Positions 29,820-40,078 of a DNA stretch of 64,000 bases are shown piece after piece. Position numbers and translations under genes: made by a program. Below the pieces are notes generated by a model. It had not been told where the DNA came from and did no database searches. It saw nothing but the letters and a program-made list of their open reading frames with translations. Source of the stretch: an uncultured Chthonomonadaceae bacterium (GTDB lineage: Bacteria; Armatimonadota; Chthonomonadetes; Chthonomonadales; Chthonomonadaceae); contig CAWIEK010000053.1 of assembly GCA_963835065.1 (NCBI GenBank), positions 1 to 64,000 on the forward strand, written 5' to 3'. How positions within the stretch are numbered: position 1 is the stretch's first letter; every line of letters begins with the position of its first letter.

Positions 29820-32800
29820 TTATTTGCTGTCACGTTCCGCAACGGCGCGGGAACAGCGTTCGCACAGATCGGGATAAGCGGGGTTCCCGCCCACATCGCG
29901 TTTATCAAGCCAGCAGCGAGCGCACTTTTGGCCGACAGCAGTGTCTATCACGATACTATCTTGTTGATTTTGCTGCCCTTCGCTGATTGAAACATCCGAA
30001 ACGATAAATAGGGTCTTCATCATCTCTTCATACGTTCTTAGGAGCGCATAACGTTCGGGAGATAGCGTAATAGCTACTTGCGCTTCTAAAACTTTGCCAA
30101 TCTTACCAGATTGGCGCGCTACCTCCAACCCCTTCATTACTGCCTCGCGCAAAGCGAGTATTGGTTCCCACCGCGTCAGAAGATCAGTATCTACATTCGA
30201 GGCCGTCGGGAAATCCGCCAGATGAACGCTTTCCGCTTTGCCGGGCGTTTTCAGGTAATCCCACACTTCTTCGGTCGTGTGTACCAATATCGGGGCAAGC
30301 AGACGCGCCAGGGTTTCGGCAACGGTGTGCATGACCGTTTGCGCCGAGCGCCGTTCCCGCCAGTTTGCGCCGCTTGCGTACAGGCGATCCTTGATGACGT
30401 CGAGATAGAAACTGGACAGTTCCGTCGCGCAGAAGTTGAGAACCATCTGGTAGACGCGCTGAAACTCGTATTCTTCATACGCCGCCGTCGCGTTCTGCAC
30501 CAACCCGCCCAACTGCGCCAGCATCCAGCGATCCAGTTCCTCCATGTCCCCGACTTCTACCGTATCCGTCGCCGGGTTGAAGTCGTACAGGTTGTTGAGC
30601 AGGAAGCGGAACGTGTTGCGGACGCGCCGGTACATTTCGCCCACCTGTTTGAGCAGGTTTTCGCCGCACCGCGTATCCTCCATGAAACTTTGCGACGCCA
30701 CCCACCAGCGTACCACGTCCGCGCCGCTGTTTTTGATGACTTCCAGCGGGTTGACGCCGTTGCCCTTGCTTTTGCTGAACGCTTCGCCGTTTTCGTCCAG
30801 CGTCCAGCCGTTCGTGACCACGCTGCGATAGGGGGCGCGGCCTTTCGTGCCAACGCCGATCATCAGGCTGGAATTGAACCAACCCCGGTGCTGGTCGCCG
30901 CCTTCCAAATACAGGTCGGCGGGCCATTCCAGATCGGGCCAATGCGCCGTATTTTCCAAAACAGCGCGATTCGTGGAACCGGAATCGAACCACACGTCCA
31001 GCACATCGGTTTCCTTGCGCAGTTTGTCCACGCCCGAACCGCAGTGCGGACACGTAAAGCCGAGGGGCAGTATTTCGGACGCAGGCCGGGAGTACCAAAC
31101 ATCCGAGCCTTCCCGCGCCGTCATGTCCACCACCGCTTGTACGCTTTCTTTGGTCAGCACATGCTCGCCGCAATGGTCGCAGTAAAACGCCGGGATGCCT
31201 ACGCCCCACGCCCGCTGCCGCGACACGCACCAGTCGGGCCGATTGCCCACCATACTCGTGATCCGGTTCACGCTTTCACGCGGATACCACGCCACGTCGG
31301 CGATAGCGTTGAGCGCCTTCTGACGGAAAGGGAGTAGATGATAGTTGATGAGTGATGAGTTGATAGTTCGCTATCTTCTGTTCCCTGTTCCCTGTTCCCT
31401 GTTCCCTCACTTATCCCTTTTCCCTTATCCCTTATCCCTTCCTCATGGTCTATATTCATAAACCACTGCACGGTGGCGCGGAAGATGAGCGGGCTGTGGC
31501 AGCGCCAGCAGTGCGGGTAGGAGTGTTCGAACTTACTGGCTTGCAGCAGGTTGCCCGACTCGCGCAGGGCGTTGATGATAACCGGGTTGGCTTCCGCGTC
31601 CTGTCCTTTTTTGTCGCCCCAGGTTGTGACGCGCAGGCCCTCGAACTTGGTATCGCCGTATTCGCCCGCCTGCGCCGTGTAGCGTCCCGCCGCGTCAACC
31701 GGAGTCAGCACTTCCAGGCCGTACTTCAAGCCCGTCTCGAAGTCTTCCTTGCCATGCCCCGGCGCGGTATGCACCAGTCCCGTACCCGCATCCATCGTGA
31801 CGTAATCGGCCAGAACGACAGGCGACGTGCGATGAAACAGGGGATGCCGAAACACAAGCCCTTGCAGTCCCGCGCCGTTCAAGGTTTTCACCACTTCGTA
31901 GTTGTCTATTCCCGCCGCTTTCATCACCGAATCCACGAGCGGCACAGCAACCAGGTAAGCGTCCGTCTCGCCCTCGCTCCCTTTTGCCAGCACAACCGCA
32001 TACTCCGCGTCCGGGTGCGCCGCTATCGCCAGGTTCGCCGGTATCGTCCAGGGCGTCGTCGTCCAGATAACGGCGTAACAGTTGAGGGGATTGCCGATTG
32101 CCGATTGATCCTCTTCCGTATTCCCTTCCATGTTGAATACTCCCATCGGGTCATGGTGAAGCGGGAAGCGCACGTAGATGCTGTTGGACGTGTGATTTTC
32201 GTACTCCACTTCCGCGTCGGCGAGGGCGGTTTCGCAGGTCGCGCACCAGAACACGGGTTTGAGGCCGCGATAGATAAAGCCCTGCAAGGCCAGTTCGCCG
32301 AACACTTCAACGATTTTAGCCTCGAAGTCCTTGCTCATCGTTAAATACGGGATCGTCCCACTGCCCCCGTATGCCCAGCCGCTTGAACTGTTCGCGCTGC
32401 GTGTCCACCCACTTTGCCGCGTACTCACGACACGCCTGCCGCAGTTCCACGCGCCCCACCGCCTGCTTTTCCTCGCGGAATTTACGCGATACAGCGTTTT
32501 CGATGGGCATACCATGATTGTCCCAGCCCGGCACGTAGGGCGACGAATAGCCCTGCATCGTTCGGAAGCGGGTCACGATGTCTTTGGCGACTTTGTTGAG
32601 CGCATGACCCAGGTGGATGTCGCCGTTGCTGTAGGGCGGGCCGTCGTGCAGGATGAATTTGCCTTTGGGCGCGTGTTTGGCGACGCTTTTGCGGTACACG
32701 TCCAGGCTGTCCCAACGCGCCTGCACATCCGGCTCTTTGGCGGGCAGATTGCCCCGCTGCGGAAACGCGCCGGGGTCTTTGTCATTGAGCGTGATGTTGA

Positions 32801-32867
32801 GCGTGCCGCGATAATCGCGCTTCTCAGAAGTCGGTTGTTCTTGATCGGGTCGAACGGTAGTCGTCAT
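29820..32867 (-). CDS. ileS: Isoleucine--tRNA ligase (type 1); reading frame broken at ~32340 and ~31330-31350, probably sequence error
   Basis: LHDGPPYSNGDIHLGH, PGWDNHG, WTTTPWT, GTGLVHTAPGHG, HSYPHCWR, DWCVSRQR, DVWFDSG, EGGDQHRGWF, C-terminal CARCW...CERC. Confidence 0.95.
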
Positions 32868-32889
32868 TGTAAAAGTCCTCAATACGGTT

Positions 32890-33221
32890 TTCACCACCCG
32901 CTCCGCTAGAGGCACAGAGGCACAGAGGGGAAGAAAAGAAGAAAAGAAGAAGAGAAGAAAAGGAGATAGGGAACCGCGAAACACACGAAATAAACGAAAA
33001 AAGACGAAAAGAACACAAATAAATTTACAGATACCACCGCATATTTAGAACAAACAGGCTTACCTTCTCGGTTTTTAATCCTGCAAATCCCGTTAATCCT
33101 GTCTATTTCTTTTGTTCTTTTTTCGTCTTGGTTCGTGTGTTTCGCGGTTCCCCAGTTTCTCTCTTTCTCGTATTGGCTTTTCCTCTGTGTCTCTGTGCCT
33201 CTAGCCGTAGGCGGGTGGTTC
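32890..33221. repeat. Nested palindromic element C in the ileS leader
   Basis: Outer ACCACCCGC..GCTAGAGGCACAGAGGCACAGAG / CTCTGTGTCTCTGTGCCTCTAGC..GCGGGTGGT; inner GGGAACCGCGAAACACACGAA / TTCGTGTGTTTCGCGGTTCCC; core AATCCTGCAAATCCCGTTAATCCTGTC. Confidence 0.9.
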
Positions 33222-33237
33222 ATTTATAAAATTGGGC

Positions 33238-33429
33238 GCAAAAAACGCGCCGCCGCGATGGTCACAAAGACGTGCGGACAGGGCGCGGATGGACGGCGAC
33301 GCCGGAGCGGAACGAGCGTAAAACTCGTCAGGCTCCCGACGCCGCCTGCGTAATCACGCTAATCGTCAGCCGCGAGACGCAAAAACGCCGCAATCCATAA
33401 AGGGCGCGTATCAAGGTAACGATCTGCAT
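33238..33429 (-). promoter_or_regulatory. Candidate leader-peptide attenuator upstream of ileS (33-aa ORF 33429..33328, alternative hairpins, terminator with U6)
   Basis: MQIVTLIRALYGLRRFCVSRLTISVITQAASGA* (4 Ile); hairpin GGCGGCGTCGGGAGC/GCTCCGGCGTCGCC; CGCGCC..CCGC/GCGG..GGCGCG-TTTTTT. Confidence 0.55.
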
Positions 33430-33441
33430 GGGAGGAGTTCC

Positions 33442-34095
33442 TTACTTTTCCGTCGGCTGCTTTGCCGTAGTTTTGGGCGCGTCTTTCCCGGTGTTCTTCG
33501 CCGGGGCGTTCTTCTTGCGTGTTCTGCTTGTGGACACGGACGTTCCGGGCATGATAACCGGGCCGGGTTCCCAACGAAACGATGTGATTACTTTGTCAAA
33601 CAGCGTATCGTACTTCTTTATATTGGCGGGCAGCGTGGTCAGGGTCAGCGTAAGCGCCTGCGGGCCGCGCAGACATACGACCTGCCGATTTTCGTGCGCG
33701 GCCTGACCGGGCACATTGACGTGCATACGCCAACTGTAGGCTTTTTCGCCGCCCAGCGTCAGGGCTGTTTCGCCATAAATGCTCAAGCCCTTTTGCTTTG
33801 CGATTTCCCTGCGCGTAGACTTTATGTAGGCTTCCAGCGACATTCCGTGAACCGGCTCGCCATACGTGCCGATGGTGGCGGCCTCATCTTCCGGGCGGGC
33901 TGTCGGTTCTACCAGTACCGCGTAATGCGGAATCAGTTGTTGGTTTACCGTCCAGCCCGGCGGCGGAACGAGGGAAAATCGGTGCGCCGTATCTGTATAA
34001 CGCCCGTCAGTCGGCGTGGCGCAGACAACAGCGGCAGTTCCCAATCCCCAAATCGCCGGAACAAGCCAACGCATTGAACCCATTACTTTACCCAT
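33442..34095 (-). CDS. Exported hypothetical protein (PsbP/DcrB-like fold possible)
   Basis: Signal-like N-terminus; YTDTAHRFSLVPPPGW...TLGGEKAY...FDKVITSFRW pattern. Confidence 0.6.
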   Translation of the reverse strand: MGKVMGSMRWLVPAIWGLGTAAVVCATPTDGRYTDTAHRFSLVPPPGWTVNQQLIPHYAVLVEPTARPEDEAATIGTYGEPVHGMSLEAYIKSTRREIAKQKGLSIYGETALTLGGEKAYSWRMHVNVPGQAAHENRQVVCLRGPQALTLTLTTLPANIKKYDTLFDKVITSFRWEPGPVIMPGTSVSTSRTRKKNAPAKNTGKDAPKTTAKQPTEK

Positions 34096-34359
34096 TAAAA
34101 ATTCACGCTGAATGTAGCGAAAATCGCTTGACCCTGACCGTCAACTTGAAACGTCGTCAGCGCCACGCTCTAACCCTGTGTACTGCGCACGATAACTTGG
34201 GCGCGGTACAAAAGCTGGAAACCGCCCTGACTTTCTTGCTTTCTTTATATTATACCCCAAATGCCGCGTCGTGAAAGAAGCCGCGAAGCCGCCGCAAAGG
34301 AACGCAATCGGCAATCGGCAATCAGCAATGGGTTCATCCTTCATCCTTTCCTGCTACCC

Positions 34360-35232
34360 TCAACCCATCTCCGCGAGCAAGCCGCGCGTGTAGCCGACGC
34401 TTTCCGCCAGACCGGGCAGGGGATCGTCCGCGTCCTTTTCATACTCGAAGTTGGCGTAGTAGGGGTACTGAATTTTCAGCAACGCCTGCAGGATGGATTT
34501 TATGTTCAAGACGCCGCGCCCGACTTCAACGTTCGCGCCTTTGGGCGTGGTATTGTTGATGTCTTTGAGGTGCATGTCATACAGCCGTTCACGGTATTTC
34601 AGCACGGCTTCAGCCGGGTCGTCGCCGGCGCGGGCGGAATGGCCCACGTCAATGCACAGTCCGATGCGCTTGTCATACGGCTGCACAGCCTTCCATACAT
34701 CCGTAGGCGCGGGAAACCGCTTGTCTTCCGGCCCGTGATTGTGGATGGCGAGTTTGATGTCGAACTCCTTCACCATTTTGTCGAGCAAAGCCATGCTGTC
34801 GGGGTCGGGGGCGCAGACAATGGTGGGCAGGCCGATGTCGCGGGCATACTCAAACGCGGCGCGAATGTTGGCCTCGTCGTTCTTCATGGAAACGTTGCCG
34901 CAACTGACCGGCGTAATGCCCGCGTCCTTGAACTTCTGCGCCACCGCCTTGCGCTCGTCCGTCGCGCTGTTCATCGCCAAATGCGAGTCCTTGATGGAAA
35001 CGTATTTCAGGCCAACGCGCTGAATGTCCTTGATGGCAACATCGAGCGGGAGTTTGCGCAATGTGTACGAGGCGACGCCGATTTTCAATCCGTGCCACAA
35101 ATCGGCATGGGAAACCGTTTTCACAGGCGCGGTTTGCGCGTTCGCGCCCGTGCCGGACTGCGACAATGCCGCCAGCGCCGCCGCCCCGGTTACAAGCAGA
35201 TCACGGCGGGAAACCAAAGGTGAATGTGTCAT
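34360..35232 (-). CDS. Tat-exported sugar phosphate isomerase/epimerase (xylose-isomerase-like TIM barrel)
   Basis: SRRDLL Tat motif; [35 protein letters not shown]. Confidence 0.88.
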   Translation of the reverse strand: MTHSPLVSRRDLLVTGAAALAALSQSGTGANAQTAPVKTVSHADLWHGLKIGVASYTLRKLPLDVAIKDIQRVGLKYVSIKDSHLAMNSATDERKAVAQKFKDAGITPVSCGNVSMKNDEANIRAAFEYARDIGLPTIVCAPDPDSMALLDKMVKEFDIKLAIHNHGPEDKRFPAPTDVWKAVQPYDKRIGLCIDVGHSARAGDDPAEAVLKYRERLYDMHLKDINNTTPKGANVEVGRGVLNIKSILQALLKIQYPYYANFEYEKDADDPLPGLAESVGYTRGLLAEMG

Positions 35233-35243
35233 GGTGTCCTTCC

Positions 35244-35630
35244 TTATGCGGAGAGAGTGATGAGGCCGTTCTGAAAATCCAGCGTCAACGCGCGGTTGCG
35301 GAAGAAATCAAGCCCAAGTACGCCGTCAACAGACATGGACGGCGGCAAGGTATGCGCGACGACGGAAAACTGAAGCCGTTCCTGATCCAATGCTTCCACT
35401 TTGTCAACAGTCAGCCGGGATACGGCTTCCACGCTGCTTCCCGTCGTCATAGACACGGATTTCGGCTGCGCGTCAGGATCGTAGCCGATGGAAACAAGCA
35501 TCGCCTTACTGATGACCGTTGAAGACGAACCTGTATCCAGCGCAAGAGAAGATTGCACCATGCCGGTAGGTCCGTGAAGCGTTACCGGCACGACAATAAG
35601 ACCGTACTGCCCGTTAAAATTAGTTGTCAT
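35244..35630 (-). CDS. Single-domain retropepsin-like (clan AA) aspartic protease
   Basis: [12 protein letters not shown] and DGVLGLDFF motifs. Confidence 0.88.
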   Translation of the reverse strand: MTTNFNGQYGLIVVPVTLHGPTGMVQSSLALDTGSSSTVISKAMLVSIGYDPDAQPKSVSMTTGSSVEAVSRLTVDKVEALDQERLQFSVVAHTLPPSMSVDGVLGLDFFRNRALTLDFQNGLITLSA

Positions 35631-35639
35631 GGTATCGGC

Positions 35640-35963
35640 TCAGTAGTTAAGAAGAATGTTGTCGGGAGTCGGACCCATATAGAGAAACGCCGAATGTTTC
35701 GGACGCAGGCGCATCGCCATTTGATCTCTTTCCTCCCGGTTTTTGCTGTGGCACAGAACTTTGCCACCCGCTACTTGCTTGTGTTCATCCAGATACGGGT
35801 CTTCGAGCAGCACCCATTCGCCGTCGAATTGCTTTTTGATTTCCTCCAGCGTCATAACTTCGTTCATGGCCTCGCGGCTCTCCTCCGGCGCGGCTTCACC
35901 GGACAAACGCGCCACTTTCTGTTCCAAAAGCGCAAGCCGTTCTTCGATTGTCGGGGTTGTCAT
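35640..35963 (-). CDS. Small partner protein of the retropepsin gene, with an N-terminus copied from the antitoxin gene
   Basis: MTTPTIEERLALLEQKVARLSGEAAPEE identical to 36758..36501; then EIKKQFDGEWVLL...GGKVLCHS; AGGAGG RBS. Confidence 0.75.
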   Translation of the reverse strand: MTTPTIEERLALLEQKVARLSGEAAPEESREAMNEVMTLEEIKKQFDGEWVLLEDPYLDEHKQVAGGKVLCHSKNREERDQMAMRLRPKHSAFLYMGPTPDNILLNY

Positions 35964-36091
35964 AACAGATTCCTCCTGCCCCTTATACTACAACAATTCG
36001 TGAAATGTTTCGGGCTTCTGATGGCAGCTCTTTATATAGCGCGTGGCTGCGCTCCGTTTTGTTTGCTGCAATCATGCAGGCATTTGCTTTC

Positions 36092-36514
36092 TTATGCCGA
36101 CCAATCTTCAACGCGCAGATTGGGCACTTTGCCGAAGTCGGACGAGTTGCGGGAAACCAGCGTGAAGTTATTGGCAAGAGCGATGGACGCAATCTTCAAG
36201 TCCATTGTGCCCATTCGCAGCCGTTGAATCCAGAGATTCTGGAATACCGCGATTGCGGAATCATCAAAGGGCAGAATAGGCGTAGCGCAGTAATATCGCA
36301 GCATCCTGCCTAACTCGTAGTATTTGGACTTTTGGCGCTCCGGGGAACGCGCGGCGGCAATCTCGGCAAGCCAGCCGCGCATTTGTTCCTCGTAACTGAC
36401 AATGCAGACAGTGACTTCCGCAGGAGGAACAACAGCAATTCGGCGGACAATCCGCCCGCTTTCTGCTCCGCCCCTTGCGAGCAGCGAAATGTGATCGGTA
36501 TCAAGAAGATACAT
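36092..36514 (-). CDS. vapC: VapC/PIN-domain toxin
   Basis: MYLLDTDHIS, SYEEQMRGW, ILPFD, MDLKIASIA, LVSRNSSDF...VEDW. Confidence 0.92.
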   Translation of the reverse strand: MYLLDTDHISLLARGGAESGRIVRRIAVVPPAEVTVCIVSYEEQMRGWLAEIAAARSPERQKSKYYELGRMLRYYCATPILPFDDSAIAVFQNLWIQRLRMGTMDLKIASIALANNFTLVSRNSSDFGKVPNLRVEDWSA

Positions 36515-36758
36515 GGTTTTCGCCTTCTGCAATTTCGTTTTCTTCGTAGGCGGTGGGTTGTGAGCGGCGGTATTCCGCGCCGCGCTCCATAGCCGCATCA
36601 AAGTCAGGATTATCTTTGAATGCGCCGACCCATTGCTCCCACCAGGGGGCGGGCCTAATCTGCGGCGCGGCAGTTTCCTCCGGCGCGGCTTCGCCGGACA
36701 AACGCGCCACTTTCTGTTCCAAAAGGGCCAGCCGTTCTTCGATTGTGGGTGTCGTCAT
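36501..36758 (-). CDS. Putative antitoxin of the VapC gene
   Basis: 85-aa ORF overlapping the vapC start; PWWEQWVGAFKDNPDFDAAMERGAEYRRS; AGGAGG RBS and TATAAT (36779-36784). Confidence 0.8.
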   Translation of the reverse strand: MTTPTIEERLALLEQKVARLSGEAAPEETAAPQIRPAPWWEQWVGAFKDNPDFDAAMERGAEYRRSQPTAYEENEIAEGENHVSS

Positions 36759-36991
36759 AACAGGTTCCTCCTGCCCTGATTATACCGCAGTCATAGCAGT
36801 GGGGAAGCAAAGGATGAAGATGACAGGATGAAGGAGAAAAAGAGTATGTAGAGTCATCGTCGAAATCTTGGCAATACAGCGCTTCCAGCCCGATGTCTCG
36901 TTGTGTCAGATTGTAGGAGAGAGGCGTCGTGGCCTCAGCAGCGTCAGGGCGAGCGGGAGGGGTGAAACATAGGCTTGCACCTCCCTTCTTA

Positions 36992-37022
36992 AGTTGATAG
37001 TTGATAGTTGATAGTTGATAGG
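36992..37022. repeat. GTTGATA x4 heptamer array
   Basis: GTTGATAGTTGATAGTTGATAGTTGATAG. Confidence 0.85.
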
Positions 37023-37245
37023 AACTGCCAACGTTCAACCTTCGTCTCTGTATACTAGACGTTTGTACTGTATAGACAGGATGAGGAGGGCAAAAGGTTC
37101 ACCTTTTTTGTGTTGTGTGGCTTTTTTTCTGCGGGATGGTTGCTGTTGGCGTCGTGTGGGGAACGGAGAAGGGGGATGGCTTCAGGGCTGTACATCCAGC
37201 GCTTCTCGGCGGCACAATTAGCGCGACATATACCCGTCTGTCGCG

Positions 37246-40078
37246 TCAGGAATTCGGTTCGCCAAACTCCGCGTCAAGATACTCTTGTACGAGGTTGTCG
37301 AAACCGATGGACAGCCACGCAACGCGGGCGGCGGCGACATGCGCCTGCTGTGTGGCGGCATCGGGCGCGACTTGCGCCAGGCGGTAGCGCGTGACGCCGA
37401 TGGAATACGGTTCCGGTATTTGCGCGTACAGGCGTAACGCCTCCTCATAGCGCAGACGAGCCACATCGTTGTTTGCGCGCGAGCGCGCAATGTCGCCTAA
37501 ACTCTGGATGCAATTCGCCTGCCCCAACACATCGCCGACATTCTCATACAAGGGTTGCGCCTGTTCGTACAAGCGGCGGGCTTGTTCATGCTCGGAACGC
37601 GCCAGCGCAATGTCGCCTAAACTCTGGATACAATTCGCCTGCCCCAACACAGAGCCGACATTCTCATACAAGGGTTGCGCTTGTTCGTACAAGCGGCGGG
37701 CTTGTTCGTGTTCGGAACGCGCCAGCGCAATGTCGCCTAAACTCTGGATGCAGTTCGCCTGCCCCAACACAGAGCCGACATTCTCATACAAGGGTTGCGC
37801 TTGCTCGTACAAGCGGCGGGCTTGTTCGTGTTCGGAACGCGCCAGCGCAATGTCGCCTAAACTCTGGATGCAGTTCGCCTGCCCCAACACAGAGCCGACA
37901 TTCTCATACAAGGGTTGCGCCTGTTCGTACAAGCGGCGGGCTTGTTCGTGTTCGGAACGCGCCAGCGCAATGTCGCCTAAACTCTGGATGCAGTTCGCCT
38001 GCCCCAACACATCGCCGACCTGTACAAAGAGCGGCTGCGCCTGTTCGTACAAGCGGCGGGCTTGTTCGTGTTCGGAACGGCGCAGCGCAATGTCGCCTAA
38101 ACTACTGGATGCAGTTCGCCTGCCCCAACACATCGCCGACGCGCAACGCTGCGCGTTGCGCGGATTCCTGCAATTGAATTGCTTCCGCGCCGTAGATGCT
38201 CAGGTAGAGGAAATCGCGCAGGGAAGAGGCCAGAGGCATCAGCGCCTCCCAGTAGTCATTCGCTTGCTCCGCGAATTCAGCGGCGCGGAGGGCGTTGCGC
38301 CATTCAGCCCGCAGCACGGCATATTGTTCCGGGAGGTTGATGTTTCCATTTGCCTGTATCAACTGGACGTAGTGGGCAACGTACCGCTGCTGTATCGCCT
38401 CGGCATCCTGTGGCATTTCGGCGCGTAACCGCCGCAGGGCATACTCGCGGAACACGGGCAGCAGGCGATAGCGCACGATGTCGTCGGCTTCGCGGCTTTC
38501 CAGCAGGTGTATGTGGTTCCACTTGACCAGCAGCGCGTCGGCAACGCCGCAAATCGCTTCCGCCGCGTCCGGGGCGAAGTCGTAGGCGAAGATTCCCAGA
38601 CGCGGAAACAGCGCCTGCTGCGCGTCGGGGAGGGTCTGCACCGACCAGTGGATGCAGGCTTCCATGCTGACGTGGCGCAGACTGTCGGCGCGGGCATAGC
38701 CGTATTCCTCGCGCGTTTTTTGCCAATCCAGCAGGCTGTCGCTCAGGCCGTCGGCGATCTGTTTGAGCGTCTTCATCTGGCGCAGCGCGGCGGTCAACTC
38801 GATGCCGAGCGGAAACCCTGCCGTATGTTCCAGAATACGGCGCAGCGAGTTCACGTCGCTGATGTCCTTTACGGGCCGGTGCTGCTCCACGCGCGCCCGG
38901 AACAACTTGCAGCCGTCCAATGCCTCCATGTTTTCCCCGTCATGCGGCACGGGCAGGCCGGGAATCTCGTATGTTTCGCTGAACGGTTCCAGCATGATTT
39001 TGTCGCGGCTGGTGACGAGCCACCGCATGGCGTCCACGTTCTGAATCAGGTCGCCGAGCCAGCGCAGCGTAGCGGGATTGACCATGCTTTCGCCGTTGTC
39101 CAGAAACATCAGCGTGGACGCGCGGGTTTGCAGATGGTTTTCCAGCCGGGTTTTGCCGTTCGCGTCGGAGGCAAGCGGCTCCTCCATAACGGGTTTCGGG
39201 GCCTCAATGGCGCGGGCAATCGCTCCGGCCAGCAATTCGGGCGTCACCTTGTCGGGCGCGTTGCCGAACTCCCGGTCGAGCGACACGCCATGAATGTTGC
39301 CCCGGAAGTCGCCGCACACGGCCAGAATGGTTTGGATGGCAAGCCGGGTTTTACCGATGCCGCCCGGTCCGTGCAGCGTCAGGAGGGGTTTTTTGCCCCG
39401 CAGCCACGTTACCACGTCCTCAATCTGCCGGTCACGTCCGATGAATTTATTGCCTTCGCGCCGCATCCACGCGGGCAGCCAGCGCGTACCGGGTTCGCGC
39501 GGTTCCTGCCCCGCATACCACAGCAGTTCGTGAACCGTTTCGGGCTGCTGATGGTAGCTCTTGATATAGCGGTTGGGCCAGGGATAAAAGTCGTAGACCT
39601 GCCGACTGCCCGCGCGGTCATGGGCGGACGCCGACACGAGTATCTGCCCGCCCTTGCCCAAGTCTTCCACGCGCTTGGCGTAATTGATGTCCTCGCCATG
39701 ATACAGCCCGGCGGCGTCCGGCTTCATGTCTTTTTCCGCGCGATGCAGGCCGATGCGTATCTTGATTGTCCATGTCACGCCGTTTCGCGTACAGGTAATG
39801 GGCGCTTGCGTCAGACGTTCCTGCATGGCGCGGGCGCAGGCCAGCGCCTCGTCCACATGCTGAAACACGATCATCAGGCTGTCGCCGGCAGGCGTGCCGT
39901 TTTCGTAGCCGTTGTGTTCCGGCGCGTTCAGGCACTCGCGGAGAACGTCAAAATGCGGGTCGCGCAGTTCGCCGTGATAGAGAGCGTCGCCAAGCGCCTT
40001 GTTCATCAGCGACGAGTCCTCAACATCGGTAAACAAGATGGTGACGCTGCCATGCGGCAGTGGGGCGGGCGGTGTCAT
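37246..40078 (-). CDS. Class III nucleotide cyclase + STAND/NB-ARC NTPase + TPR repeat protein; +1 indel at ~38104
   Basis: LFTDVEDSS, AGDSLM, RIGLH, INYAKRV, GGQILVS; GPGGIGKTRLA, FLDNGE, LVTSR, GFPLGIEL; 40-aa TPR-like repeats. Confidence 0.9.
37487..38140 (-). repeat. 120-bp near-identical tandem repeat (~5.5 units) encoding TPR-like units
   Basis: GCAATGTCGCCTAAACTCTGGAT recurs at 37487, 37607, 37727, 37847, 37967 and 38087 (last has an extra A). Confidence 0.95.

Noticed and set aside
32870..33430. T-box riboswitch upstream of ileS
   Set aside because: No GGTGGNACCGCG-type T-box or specifier stem recognised; GGAACCGCG here belongs to the repeat element also found at non-synthetase loci.
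36840..36990. Small peptide gene after a strong AAGGGAGGTG RBS on the minus strand
   Set aside because: The ATG gives only MFHPSRSP*; a longer product needs an assumed indel and has no recognisable motif.
37487..38140. Regularly spaced repeats as a CRISPR array
   Set aside because: Units are contiguous 120-bp coding repeats with no unique spacers, and no cas genes are present.
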